From Naegleria gruberi (taxonomy: Eukaryota): a stretch of DNA of 64,000 nt. Below the pieces are notes generated by a model, which was given only the letters and a program-made list of their open reading frames with translations, was not told the origin of the DNA and did not search any database. The stretch lies in NCBI GenBank assembly GCA_000004985.1, contig GG738861.1; one strand, written 5' to 3'. The translations under genes were made by a program, and so were the position numbers. Positions 23,895-34,140 of the stretch are shown in pieces. Every line of letters begins with the position of its first letter. Within the stretch, counting starts at the first letter, position 1.

Positions 23895-25184
23895 TTACCA
23901 ATCTCCATCTCTTACATCATTTGGATTCCAAACAGTTTTTGTTGTAATGACATTATTAATCTTTACAGATTGATTGTTTTGGGTTGAATAGCCATACTTT
24001 TGGATATCAACTTGCTTGACACTCTTTACATTGGAAAGAATGGAGCTTTCTCCAATAGTTCCCAAATTTTCATTATAGTGATCAAACCATGGATATTTGT
24101 ATGAAGAATAAGTCTTTGCACTGATTGGACATGGAGGGGCTTTTTCTCCTGTTATTTGTTGATACATGTCAGAGTTGACAATATGTACAAATACTCTTGA
24201 CTTGGTTCTTTCATCCCAAAATGATGGGCCATAAGGATCTTTAGCAATATCTTGTTTCATTTTACCTCCTGCTGCCAATCCCAATTCTTGTGCATTGCTG
24301 GATTGAGATCTACTTCTTTTTTCTTCACATTTAAGACTTGAAAGTGAACTTCTTGGCATTGCTGGTGAGCAACATTTCATTTGTGGAATACTTGCGGTTG
24401 AAGAAGTTGAAAACATTGTTGGTATTGGATAAGCTTGAGAAACTGGAGGAGAGTATGCAACAATGGATTTCTTTGTTGGAATGATTGAATGTTTCTTCTT
24501 TGGAGATGACCATGTTGTTTCATTCATTTCTGGAAACATTGATTTTGCCTTTTCTGAGAATGGATTGTAACAAATAATTTGAGCACCTCCTACTTTATCT
24601 TCTCCAGTAACCTGTGATTCGACAGTATATCCTTGTCCAAGTGGCATGGCAATGAATTGTTTGATTGTTCCATTTCCATTATTAATACCATCTAACCATT
24701 TTTGAGCTGGAGTGACACAATAATCTTGAACTTTTCTTGATTTGATTTCTTCATCCCATTGTTCTCCACTTAAAGCATTCACTTTACCAACAGCAACTTT
24801 GAGAGCATGAGGATTTGTGGAATTTTCAAATTCCATCCACATGGCTTCACGTTGGTGTAAACAAACAAATACACCACCTTTTTGTTTCCAGCTTTCAGGG
24901 ACTTTGTTAATATAATCATCTACTCTTTTGATTGGGAAGGTCCCCAAAGATGGAGGCAAGGGATAGATTTTCCCATCGTCAGGTATTCTTAAAGTTCTAT
25001 GTAATTTGATTTTCAATTCGTTTTTAGAGGTTTTGGCACTGTAAAATACAATCGAGTCATTGACAACCTTAATGGAAAGTTTGTTAGTTGGTTCTGAACT
25101 TGGAGGTTCGATTGGAAATTTAGGTGGACAATAAGTTGAGTTGGCATGCATAGGAGGACATGAAATTGGTATTCCAGTAAACAT
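23895..25184 (-). CDS. Hypothetical protein (429 aa), no recognisable domain
   Basis: Single long ORF with non-repetitive composition (MFTGIPISCPPMHANSTYCPPKFP...), convergent with upstream gene; likely real gene but function unassignable by eye. Confidence 0.4.
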   Translation of the reverse strand: MFTGIPISCPPMHANSTYCPPKFPIEPPSSEPTNKLSIKVVNDSIVFYSAKTSKNELKIKLHRTLRIPDDGKIYPLPPSLGTFPIKRVDDYINKVPESWKQKGGVFVCLHQREAMWMEFENSTNPHALKVAVGKVNALSGEQWDEEIKSRKVQDYCVTPAQKWLDGINNGNGTIKQFIAMPLGQGYTVESQVTGEDKVGGAQIICYNPFSEKAKSMFPEMNETTWSSPKKKHSIIPTKKSIVAYSPPVSQAYPIPTMFSTSSTASIPQMKCCSPAMPRSSLSSLKCEEKRSRSQSSNAQELGLAAGGKMKQDIAKDPYGPSFWDERTKSRVFVHIVNSDMYQQITGEKAPPCPISAKTYSSYKYPWFDHYNENLGTIGESSILSNVKSVKQVDIQKYGYSTQNNQSVKINNVITTKTVWNPNDVRDGDW

Positions 25185-25484
25185 TTTTGTTGAGTTGTTT
25201 GATTTGTTGATCAGGTTGTTTTTTTTGATATTGTTATTACATGATTTTCAAGCCTTTTTATTTAATAAAAAAAGGAGAAAAAAGGGAGTTCTGTGTTCTT
25301 CCTTTTGTCTCTTGATAAAAAAGGCAAATAACAATATTTAGTACAAGTGGTTAAGAAATATTAACAATCTCGTCTGATGCAACAACATTTTAAAGGATTC
25401 CAAAACTTTTGTGCAATAGATTCAAACAAAAATTACAAAATACTCCAAAAAGACAAAAGAATTAAATTTCAATAAGTAGAAAAT

Positions 25485-28400
25485 TTATCTAAATTTTGGT
25501 TTTTCGTCAACTTCTGTTGGCTTGACCTTCTTAGTTGAAGATTCTGTTACATCAGCATCAAATAATGCTGAAGTTTCGTTTGGATTGGAATCACCAATAT
25601 TCCTTCTCTTTCTGTTTCCTCCAAACAATGACGATGTATTCAAAGAAGCAGTTTGAGGTGTTTTCAGTTCTTCAACATTTTCCTTATCTACTGGAGAAAA
25701 GTTTCTTGTTGTAATATTGGAAACTAACATCTTGGATCTTCCCATAATTGGTCTATCTTTGGTGAGGGCCGATTGGTTGAGATTGAGTGGAGTTGGAAGT
25801 GAAGCTGATTCACTTGTTGTTGGTCCTCGTTTAATGTAGAATGAGGTTCTGTCTCTGAGAGGTACTTCTGTTGGTGAGTGATTCTTCTCAAAATTGGTAT
25901 TTCCAAACAGAGCTGGTCTTGGTGGAGGATTAAATTGTCGTTTCATATCAGAAAGTTCTTTTTGAGCTCTTTGTAATTCATCCCTCAATTCATCATTTTC
26001 TCTCTTAATCTTTAATTGATATTGAATCTTTTGCTTGTGATTGTTGTGTCCAATTATCTTTTCATGATCTTTTCTTAATGATTCAAGCTCTTCCTTTAGA
26101 CTATTAACTTCAGTGACACTATCTGCATACTTTTGTCTCAAGCTTTCCAATGAAGCCTCTAATTGGTTCTTTTCCGATTTGTATTTTTCTTTCAACTTTT
26201 TCAATGTCTCTTCGTGAATCATTTGTTGTGAGAGGCTTCGTTTTTCGAGGGTAGATAATTGTTCTTTGCTCTCATCATAGTTATTTCTCAAATCGTTAAG
26301 GTCAGACTCTTTTCTCAAGAGGGTTTCTCTTTCAGTTTGAAGAGTTTTGACCAGACTTTCACACTTCTTTTCTACAGTGTTTAATTTTTCAGTCAATCTG
26401 GTGAATTCTTCTCCTGATTGCAATGAACGAATAGATTCCAATTGTTGTTCAATTTCATTTTGCTTGGATTTGATTTGATCTTCTAGAGATTCAATTGTGC
26501 TCAACAGCTTGATATTCTCATTGGAAGCACCATCACTTGAGGTTTTCAAAGCTTCTAATTGTCTTAGAGTTGAATTGAGTTTTTGATTGCTATTGTTCAA
26601 CTCTTGGCCTTTGCTATCGAGCTCAGTCTCGAGGTTAGACACTTGTTCTTCGAGTTTTTGCACTTCCTGTTCACGTTCTTGCAACTTTTCAATGCTCTCT
26701 TCAGCGAGTTGTGTAATGCTTTCATTGTGTTGTTGTACCTCAGAATACTTGCGCTTGAAACTTTCAAGTTCAGAGGTCAAATTAGAGATTTCTGTTTCCT
26801 TCAATTTGAGTTCAATATTTTCATTGATTAATTTATCGTTCAATTCTCTGAACATGGAGTCCTTTTCAGAGGAAATATTGTTGACAAGTTGAACTTGTTT
26901 CTCAAGAGCCAAGGTCAGTTCAGAAATTTGATCGGTGAATTGTGATTTGGATTGTTCCAATTCTTCATTGAGAATCTTGTTTGCTTCCATATTTTCGCCA
27001 AGTTCGAATTTCAATGCCTCAATCAATTCTTGAAGAGAATTGATTTGTTCCTCTCTTTCTCTTCTTAACTGTTCTTCGTTTTCCAATAGTTGTTTCTTTT
27101 CTTCCTCGGAGGTATTACCCATAGAGCTCAAGTGTTGTAAAAGGTCATCATTTCGTTCTTGTTCCAGAGCTAAGCATTGTTTAAGGTTGTTGATAGCATC
27201 TTCATGGGTTGATTTGATGGTTTGGAGAGTATTGAGGGCACTTTGATATTTTTCAGTCATTTCAATCAATTCCCTTTCCGATACTCGAGCACATTCCTTT
27301 AGTTTTTCATTTTCTTCAATGTAGGTAGTGATTTTACCGTTCATGGTTTGAATTTCTTCTACAAGTTGATTTTCACGATCTTGTAACTTGACAATACTTT
27401 CTTCAGCAAGTTGTGTAATACTTTCATAATTTTGCTCTGATTCAGAGAAGTTAATCTTAAGGGTCTCAATTTCGGAGGTTAGCTTTGATAATTCTGCTTC
27501 CTTCATTTTCAGGATTATATTTTCATTGTGAAGTTTTTCATTCAATTCTCTCAGTGTGATATCTTTTTCAGAGGAAATATTGTTGACAAGTTGAACTTGT
27601 TTCTCAAGAGCCAAGGTCAGTTCAGAAATTTGGTCGGTGAACTGTGATTTGGATTGTTCCAATTCTTCATTGAGAATCTTGTTTGCTTCCATATTTTCGC
27701 CAAGTTCGAATTTCAATGCCTCAATCAATTCTTGAAGAGAATTGATTTGTTCTTCGCTTTCTCTTCTAGATTTATCCTCGCTTTCAAGGAATTCTTTGTG
27801 AATTGTGTTGAGCTGTTCAAGTTCGTCGATTGTACTTTGGTATTTATCTTTCATTTCTGCCAAGTCTCTTTCAGATACTTGAATAGAATCCTTTAGCTTA
27901 TCATTGGCTTCACCATAGTGTTTGATTTGTTCAAAGGAGCTCATCAAAGCCTTCTCCTTCTCATCAAGTGCAGACATAAGCATACACTTGGTTGCCACTT
28001 CCTGTTCTAATTGAGAGGATAGAACAGTTTCCTTTTGTTGAGTTTGTTCAGCAAACATTGATTCTTTAGATTTGACTTCTTCAAGTTGAGACTTTAAAGA
28101 TTCAATGCTGGCATCTCTTTCAGATATAGATAGAAGTAACTCTTGCTCTCTGAAAGACAAAGTATCAATACTGGTATTAAGAGTTTCTATTACTACTTTC
28201 AGTTTGGATATTTCCTCATTGGATTGTTCATTCTCCTGCATAGATTCTCCAAATAGCTGTTCTGTGCTTTCTAACTGTTGTTTGAGAGCTTCAATCTCTT
28301 GGTGTGCGAGTATTAATTTAGACTCTGCCTCGTGTTTGGCCATTTCCTCACGTTCTCTCATTTCCTCCAACATTCTAATAGTTTCTTCTTGACCTTTTTG

Positions 28401-30773
28401 GACCATTTGTTGGTTTTCCAAACCTTCCAACATTGCTTCAATTTGAGTCCTCTCCTCTTTTAATTTGATATTTTCTGAAAGCATATTCTCCTTATCAGAT
28501 GCTACTTGTTCTAAAAGTTGCTTGATGCTCTCAAGCTCGCTCCATGCCATTTGCTCCTTTTCTTGGCTTTGTGTTATATCCTTCTTAAGTGAGGCAATAG
28601 TTTCCAAGGATTCCTCATACATTTGTTCTAACCTTGTTATTTCTCCTAACAGTGTTTGATTTTCACTGATTGCTACTTGTTCTTGGAGTATTGAAGAGTT
28701 TCTTCTGTGGCTCTTTTCCATGTCTTGAATTTTGTTGGCAAGTTGTTCCTTTTCGCCAGTTAAATGTCTGATTGAAAGCTCTAAACTTTGAATGTAGGAA
28801 TGTAATTCCTTAAACAACTCCTTGTTAGCTCCAAATTGCTTGGAAAATTGGGATTCATATGAATTAAGTTGATCTTTCAGTTCCATATTTTCAATCTTGA
28901 GCTGAATAACATCTGGATGTTGTTCAGGTGAGAGGGCCTTTTGGAGGGCACTGTCGGCTATAGAGAGGAATTGTTCTTCATTATCAAGTGTGAAATTTTC
29001 AAAATTGAATTTGGAAAACTTTTGTGGTGATTGTGGTCTATCAAAGTCAAAATCTAAACCAGAGACAAAATCTTGTTTTGGATTTTTCACTGATTTTCCA
29101 GTGAGTCTAGCGATCTTTGCCTCTCGCAATCTTAGCAAAAATCTAGTTGATGTTAATAAGCGATCCTTTGAGGATGCAACCTTCTTGAGCTCTTCAACAC
29201 GATGAGTAAGAATGGAATTCTTCTCCTCGTGTTCATCTGTCTGAGCAGAGAGATATACATGTTGTTGTTGTAATGCTATAATATATTGTTCCTTTTCATT
29301 TTCATCCATAGAAAGTTGTGGAGTAGGAGTTTGTGGAACTTCTGAAACTCGTTTGTTTGCCTCCAATAACTGTTTCCTCAGGAGTTTAATTTGTTCTTGC
29401 AAAAATGTAATACTTCCAGATGTCTCTTCATTGATTTTAGCTTCATTCTTAATTCGTTTAGCTCTTTGAGCAAATGTAAGAGTTGACAAGGATTCTGATA
29501 ATGAATTAATGGCAGGACTAATGTTCGCAATAACACAAGTCTTAGAATTCCCTCCAAGAGAATCCTTAAGTAAGAATGTTAATTTGCTATCTCTGTATTG
29601 TACATGCCTAGAAATACCATTAGCAACGTCAACTAGATCCTTGATAACTTTTCCTAGAGTAGAAAGAGACTTATTGATAGAACAAGCTTCTTTCAATCTG
29701 TCTCCTTCGGTATTAGATGTTGATTGTCTTTCCGAACCAGCAAGATCGATAAGATTAAGCCTAGATGTACGCGTTTTTGTTCCTCCCTCTGATGTTTCTT
29801 GTGATTTCATATAGATGGTAAAAACAGAATGAGAACGTGATGATTGATTATTCATAGATGTTGAGCCAACATGTCTATTTGATAGACCCTTCTTCAAAAT
29901 GGCTAAAGCTTCAACTGGTGTTGCAATATCCTCATGAATTAATTGTTCAACATAAACTCCAGATTTGATATCCTCTCTTAAATTTAAACTCTTGGATACA
30001 GTACCACCATTAAAAAGAGGTAATTTAGGTGTTGAATCCAATAAATCTGTAATTCTTTCGTTGTAAATTTCCAGAAATGAGCAACTGACAATAAACTTGA
30101 TTTCTTTTTGTTGTCTTTTCTTTTCAATTTCTGAAAATATGTATGATAGAACTCTTGGTATTAAACCTGCAGATGAAGGCAAGTGTAAATTGTGCATTGA
30201 TGACAACAAGTCATCTTCCATTACGTCGTCATTGTGTGACGTTCCCATAGTAAAAGTTTTACCACTTCCTGTTTGCCCATAACAAAAGATTGTACCGTTA
30301 TATCCAGCTAGATAACTATCCACTATTGGTTTGCCACAAAACTCGAACATATCTTTTTGTGTTGTTGTTGGGCTTGCTACGTGGTCGAAAGTAAAGGTTT
30401 TTGGTTTCTCTTTTGGATTATTGCTAATAACTTGAAGTGATCTTTTTGTTGCTGGATCTACTTGGATGCAATTTTGTGTTTCATTGTCAAAGAGTGGTCT
30501 AACTCTTACTACCACTCTCACACTCGATTTATCGTCATCATCTTTTGAAAATATTTCTGTCCTGTTGGTTGCAGACAGAGTTTCGTCATCACCTAAAGAA
30601 GGAAGAGGTGAGAATAATCCTCCTCTTGAGACTATTGGAGACACCATAAAGGATGGAGTTTGAATGTTTTGTCTTCTTGTTGTGAAGGAACTTGTTGTTG
30701 GAGAGGCAAGCATTCGTTCCAAATCTTGGGACGGAGAAAACACGCCACTCAAATTATTTAAATTATTCCTCAT
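25485..30773 (-). CDS. Kinesin heavy chain-like protein: N-terminal motor domain followed by ~1300 aa coiled-coil stalk (kinesin-12/KIF15- or CENP-E-like), contains internal tandem duplication
   Basis: Motor motifs SSVRVVVRVRPL, GQTGSGKTFTM (P-loop), SSRSHSVFTIY (switch I), LNLIDLAGSE (switch II); rest heptad-rich E/K/L/Q; segment REREEQINSLQELIEALKFELGENMEANKILNEELEQSKSQFTDQISELTLALEKQVQLVNNISSEKD occurs twice. Confidence 0.9.
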   Translation of the reverse strand: MRNNLNNLSGVFSPSQDLERMLASPTTSSFTTRRQNIQTPSFMVSPIVSRGGLFSPLPSLGDDETLSATNRTEIFSKDDDDKSSVRVVVRVRPLFDNETQNCIQVDPATKRSLQVISNNPKEKPKTFTFDHVASPTTTQKDMFEFCGKPIVDSYLAGYNGTIFCYGQTGSGKTFTMGTSHNDDVMEDDLLSSMHNLHLPSSAGLIPRVLSYIFSEIEKKRQQKEIKFIVSCSFLEIYNERITDLLDSTPKLPLFNGGTVSKSLNLREDIKSGVYVEQLIHEDIATPVEALAILKKGLSNRHVGSTSMNNQSSRSHSVFTIYMKSQETSEGGTKTRTSRLNLIDLAGSERQSTSNTEGDRLKEACSINKSLSTLGKVIKDLVDVANGISRHVQYRDSKLTFLLKDSLGGNSKTCVIANISPAINSLSESLSTLTFAQRAKRIKNEAKINEETSGSITFLQEQIKLLRKQLLEANKRVSEVPQTPTPQLSMDENEKEQYIIALQQQHVYLSAQTDEHEEKNSILTHRVEELKKVASSKDRLLTSTRFLLRLREAKIARLTGKSVKNPKQDFVSGLDFDFDRPQSPQKFSKFNFENFTLDNEEQFLSIADSALQKALSPEQHPDVIQLKIENMELKDQLNSYESQFSKQFGANKELFKELHSYIQSLELSIRHLTGEKEQLANKIQDMEKSHRRNSSILQEQVAISENQTLLGEITRLEQMYEESLETIASLKKDITQSQEKEQMAWSELESIKQLLEQVASDKENMLSENIKLKEERTQIEAMLEGLENQQMVQKGQEETIRMLEEMREREEMAKHEAESKLILAHQEIEALKQQLESTEQLFGESMQENEQSNEEISKLKVVIETLNTSIDTLSFREQELLLSISERDASIESLKSQLEEVKSKESMFAEQTQQKETVLSSQLEQEVATKCMLMSALDEKEKALMSSFEQIKHYGEANDKLKDSIQVSERDLAEMKDKYQSTIDELEQLNTIHKEFLESEDKSRRESEEQINSLQELIEALKFELGENMEANKILNEELEQSKSQFTDQISELTLALEKQVQLVNNISSEKDITLRELNEKLHNENIILKMKEAELSKLTSEIETLKINFSESEQNYESITQLAEESIVKLQDRENQLVEEIQTMNGKITTYIEENEKLKECARVSERELIEMTEKYQSALNTLQTIKSTHEDAINNLKQCLALEQERNDDLLQHLSSMGNTSEEEKKQLLENEEQLRREREEQINSLQELIEALKFELGENMEANKILNEELEQSKSQFTDQISELTLALEKQVQLVNNISSEKDSMFRELNDKLINENIELKLKETEISNLTSELESFKRKYSEVQQHNESITQLAEESIEKLQEREQEVQKLEEQVSNLETELDSKGQELNNSNQKLNSTLRQLEALKTSSDGASNENIKLLSTIESLEDQIKSKQNEIEQQLESIRSLQSGEEFTRLTEKLNTVEKKCESLVKTLQTERETLLRKESDLNDLRNNYDESKEQLSTLEKRSLSQQMIHEETLKKLKEKYKSEKNQLEASLESLRQKYADSVTEVNSLKEELESLRKDHEKIIGHNNHKQKIQYQLKIKRENDELRDELQRAQKELSDMKRQFNPPPRPALFGNTNFEKNHSPTEVPLRDRTSFYIKRGPTTSESASLPTPLNLNQSALTKDRPIMGRSKMLVSNITTRNFSPVDKENVEELKTPQTASLNTSSLFGGNRKRRNIGDSNPNETSALFDADVTESSTKKVKPTEVDEKPKFR
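26590..27070 (-). repeat. Intragenic tandem duplication, copy 2 (within kinesin coiled-coil)
   Basis: ~200 nt (26861-27062) nearly identical to 27561-27762 (a few mismatches), flanks ~70-80% identical; period ~700 nt. Confidence 0.8.
27290..27770 (-). repeat. Intragenic tandem duplication, copy 1 (within kinesin coiled-coil)
   Basis: See copy 2; direct repeat in same reading frame preserving heptad register. Confidence 0.8.
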
Positions 30774-30894
30774 TATATTATTAATAATATACTATATGGT
30801 TGTTGAAAAAGCTTGTATGTACACAAAGGAATGGTGAGAGAATGGTTAATTTTGTGGTGTGATGTTTTTTTTTAATTTTTTTAAAGAACAAAAT

Positions 30895-30930
30895 TTTGGC
30901 GCCATCTAACAGACTAAAATTGGCGCCAAG
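30895..30930 (+). promoter_or_regulatory. Pair of E2F-like sites (TTTTGGCGCCATC and AATTGGCGCCAAG) ~125-150 bp upstream of kinesin start (minus-strand gene)
   Basis: Two GGCGCC cores 24 bp apart in an otherwise ~20% GC divergent promoter (kinesin - / Zn2Cys6 +). Confidence 0.3.
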
Positions 30931-31539
30931 ATTTAGGTTCTTCACAAATTTCAAAACAATAACAAGCATTTTAAAAATAAGAAAATCTCGTTAAATTCCT
31001 TCAATTTCATAATATTAATGATTGTGTTATAATTCTCTCAAAGCTGCTATTCATCTACGCTAAGAATTATCTGGTAGTGATCTTTCCTGTTTGATAAAAT
31101 ACTTCTCACATGGGATTCGCTTCCAGAACAAATTATTAAGTAATTTAAATTAAGCACAACTGCATACCTTAAACATGGAGATATATTAATACCAGAACCA
31201 CTTCTGAACAGGAAATTGATTATCTCCTTTCAAATTTCCATCTCTTCTTCTCAGACAAATTACTCGAGTTAATAAACACTTGCAGGTTGTGAATGAAGCA
31301 AGGCTATAATACCAACAAATTGTCATAATATCCAATTCAGAAAGAAGATATTTGCCAAATTACATTAAATAATTATCTTGGTCATCTACATTCCAATTTT
31401 GTTAAAAACCAAATTGTCTATTCATAACTCACAGTTTTGATCCTCAAATACATTACATACTCAACCCAGAGATAATTTAGTCCTTTTTCAGAATCGGCGA
31501 AAAATTAATTCGCCAACAACATTAGAAAAAATAGGCAAA

Positions 31540-33938
31540 ATGTACCCACACAGTGGAAGTATCAATACACCTGCTCATGATGAGTTTAATGATGATGAAT
31601 TCGACCGACTGGTGGGCCTATCACTGAATAAAATGTCTACGCTGACACCCAATAACAATAATAATCAACAAAATCAGTGGTATTTCTCTGATAATATGTT
31701 TGGAGATTTTAATTTAGGAGGAATGAATAATGGTGGTGTTACTAGTAGTTTGGATACAAGTCAGTTGGCTTTTACTCCACTCATTGAACAACATCGAAAT
31801 AATGATGATTGTTGCCAATTGAATACTACTAGCACTTTTGATATTGATAATGATATTGATGCCATGACAAACAAAACTACACCAACAACTCAAGGAAAAT
31901 CAAAGGAAAAGAAAAAGCCAAAGATTGCATGCGTTTATTGTAACAAATTGCACAGTATGTACTAGTCACAATATGAAATTCCTTAAACATTCAATTTTTC
32001 TCATTTTAGAAAAGTGTGATGGCGAATCTCCAAATGCTTGTACCAGATGTAAGAAGAAGGGTATTCCATGTGGTATGTAGTTTGTGTGAAAATCATTTTA
32101 AACTTATCATGTTAGTTTATTTACCACCTCAAAAGAGAGGTCCAAAGTCAAAGAAGAGAAAGGCAAATGATGGAGATGAGGAAGAATACACTGTAGAACA
32201 ATTAACATGTGCTGCTGGATTGTGTGCCAACCAAAATCAACAAATCCAACAAATTCAACAACAACAAGCTCAACAACAATTTAATGCTCCTGTATATTTC
32301 AATCAATCACCACCTCAACAAGCTCAACAAACTCAACAACAACAAATTGTACAACACCAAACTCAACAACCTCAAAAAATAGTTAGCTCTGTTGACTTGG
32401 ACTCTTACATTACTGAAGCTATTTTCTCTTCCAATAAGAATACTAATCCATCTACTGCTCTTACCAATTTCTATTCACAACCGCAACAACCTAGTCCACT
32501 TACAGGTCTCCAATTTGCAGTCAATGTTCATACAAGAACACTCGTCGATCAATTCTTAGAGTAAGTAGTATTTTCATGCATTCATGCATTAAACATTTCT
32601 AGTTCTGTGACATGCCACTCCCTTGTAGATAGAAACATGTTGGATAATGCCCTCAATAAGGCTGTTATTTTTTCATCTGAACCAACTGGTTACCAACTCT
32701 TAACAAATATTGTATGTGCAATGGGCGCTCAAAGATTAGAGGACAGAAAGAACTGTATTGAATTTTTCAATAGAGCAAGAAATCAAGCTAGTTACTTGTT
32801 TGATAAGCCATCTAGGGAAGCTTCATGTGCTTTGAGTTTGATGGGTATTTATGCTTGTTCAGAAGGTGAAAGAATCAAAGGTCACATGTACAACAGAATT
32901 GCTTTGGACATGTCTACGGACTTGTGTTCTTACCAAATTGAAACCGACAAGTATTACCAAACTCTTTCTGCTCTCTCATTGGCAACAACGTTCTCTAAAT
33001 GGTTGTTCGAGTTGAACATTCTCAAAGTTGAAGAAAATTCATTTGATTGCCTTCTTAAGAATGCCAATAATCCAAACCATCCTCAAATTCCATCCATTCG
33101 TGAACTTGTTAAAAATGTTAAAAACTATATTGGTTCTTCGAAGTGTATGCGCGAGATTGAAGAAATAGAAACCAAAATTGCCGATATGAGTCTTGTTAAG
33201 GGAAGTGAAGAAGTCTCTTTCACAGCCATTTTGGTTTACTACTTGTTGGTCTCAAGACTTGCCATGTTGACAAATAACCAAATCGAATATATCAAGATTT
33301 TGAGAAAATTAGAAACTATTGAAAAGTATATTGAATCAGAAAAGTTTAACAGAGATGATCTCCAAAAGAATGTGCACAGATTCTGTCTCTATTCTCTTAG
33401 ATCGGATATTTTGGTGAGATGTGGACTAGATAAGATGGGTTTACACTGTGCTACCAAGGCAACTGGTTTAGCAGCTAAGCCAACTTTCTGGAAGTCAGCA
33501 CCAGCTATTATTCTCTTCTTCCCTATCCTTATCAACATTAACCTTAGTGTTAATGATAGTAGTATGTCTATTGAAAATTACAAATCACTCAAGGTTATCA
33601 GCTCTAAATTTGTAGTTTTAAAATATACCCTATTTGATATGATTAATATCATGAATAAGAGATCAGAGTTTGCTGATCTCTTAGAGAGTGAAAGACAACA
33701 CGTTCCACAAGGTATTACAAATTCAAGTGGATATCTTCCATTCACTAATGATGTTCCTCAATGTGAATCATGTCCTCCACAGGATTGGAATACTAATATC
33801 TTTGACCAAAACAATAACAACGAGTCATGTTTCCCTAACTCTGATCTTACAGAATTATTGCAACAACTAGGAACTGTGAGCGATCATGAATCCTATCAGA
33901 ACAAGTTAGAATCGATATGGCAAACAATTGGTCAATAA
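31540..33938 (+). CDS. Zn(II)2Cys6 (Gal4-type) binuclear-cluster transcription factor with poly-Q region and C-terminal fungal-TF-like regulatory region; 4 exons (31540-~31953, ~32010-~32072, ~32107-32565, ~32605-33938)
   Basis: Spliced reading gives ACVYCNKLHSKCDGESPNACTRCKKKGIPC = CX2CX6CX5-8CX2CX6-8C Gal4 signature split by two GTATGT introns; followed by basic linker KRGPKSKKRK, Q-rich tract, and large C-terminal domain. Confidence 0.75.
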
Positions 33939-34140
33939 TAAATATATTGTAAATATTCAAAATTATTAAACATAAGAGCTTTTCAGTTTTAATAGAAATA
34001 TCTGACTGTTCCAATTATTTCTAAATTTGTTATTGTAATATTTTGTAAATAATTTTCTGAATTTTCTCCCTTATCCATTAGTGGCAATTCATCTGTTTGG
34101 AATTATTACTCGTGTAAACCCTCCAATAATATCTTGAAAA

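Noticed and set aside
26583-30663. Multiple 60-100-aa plus-strand ORFs (e.g. 26583-26831, 26587-26892, 28105-28392, 29509-29814) inside the kinesin locus
   Set aside because: They are antisense to the 1762-aa kinesin reading frame. Their translations are low-complexity (S/L/F/C-rich), as expected from reading a coiled-coil gene backwards.
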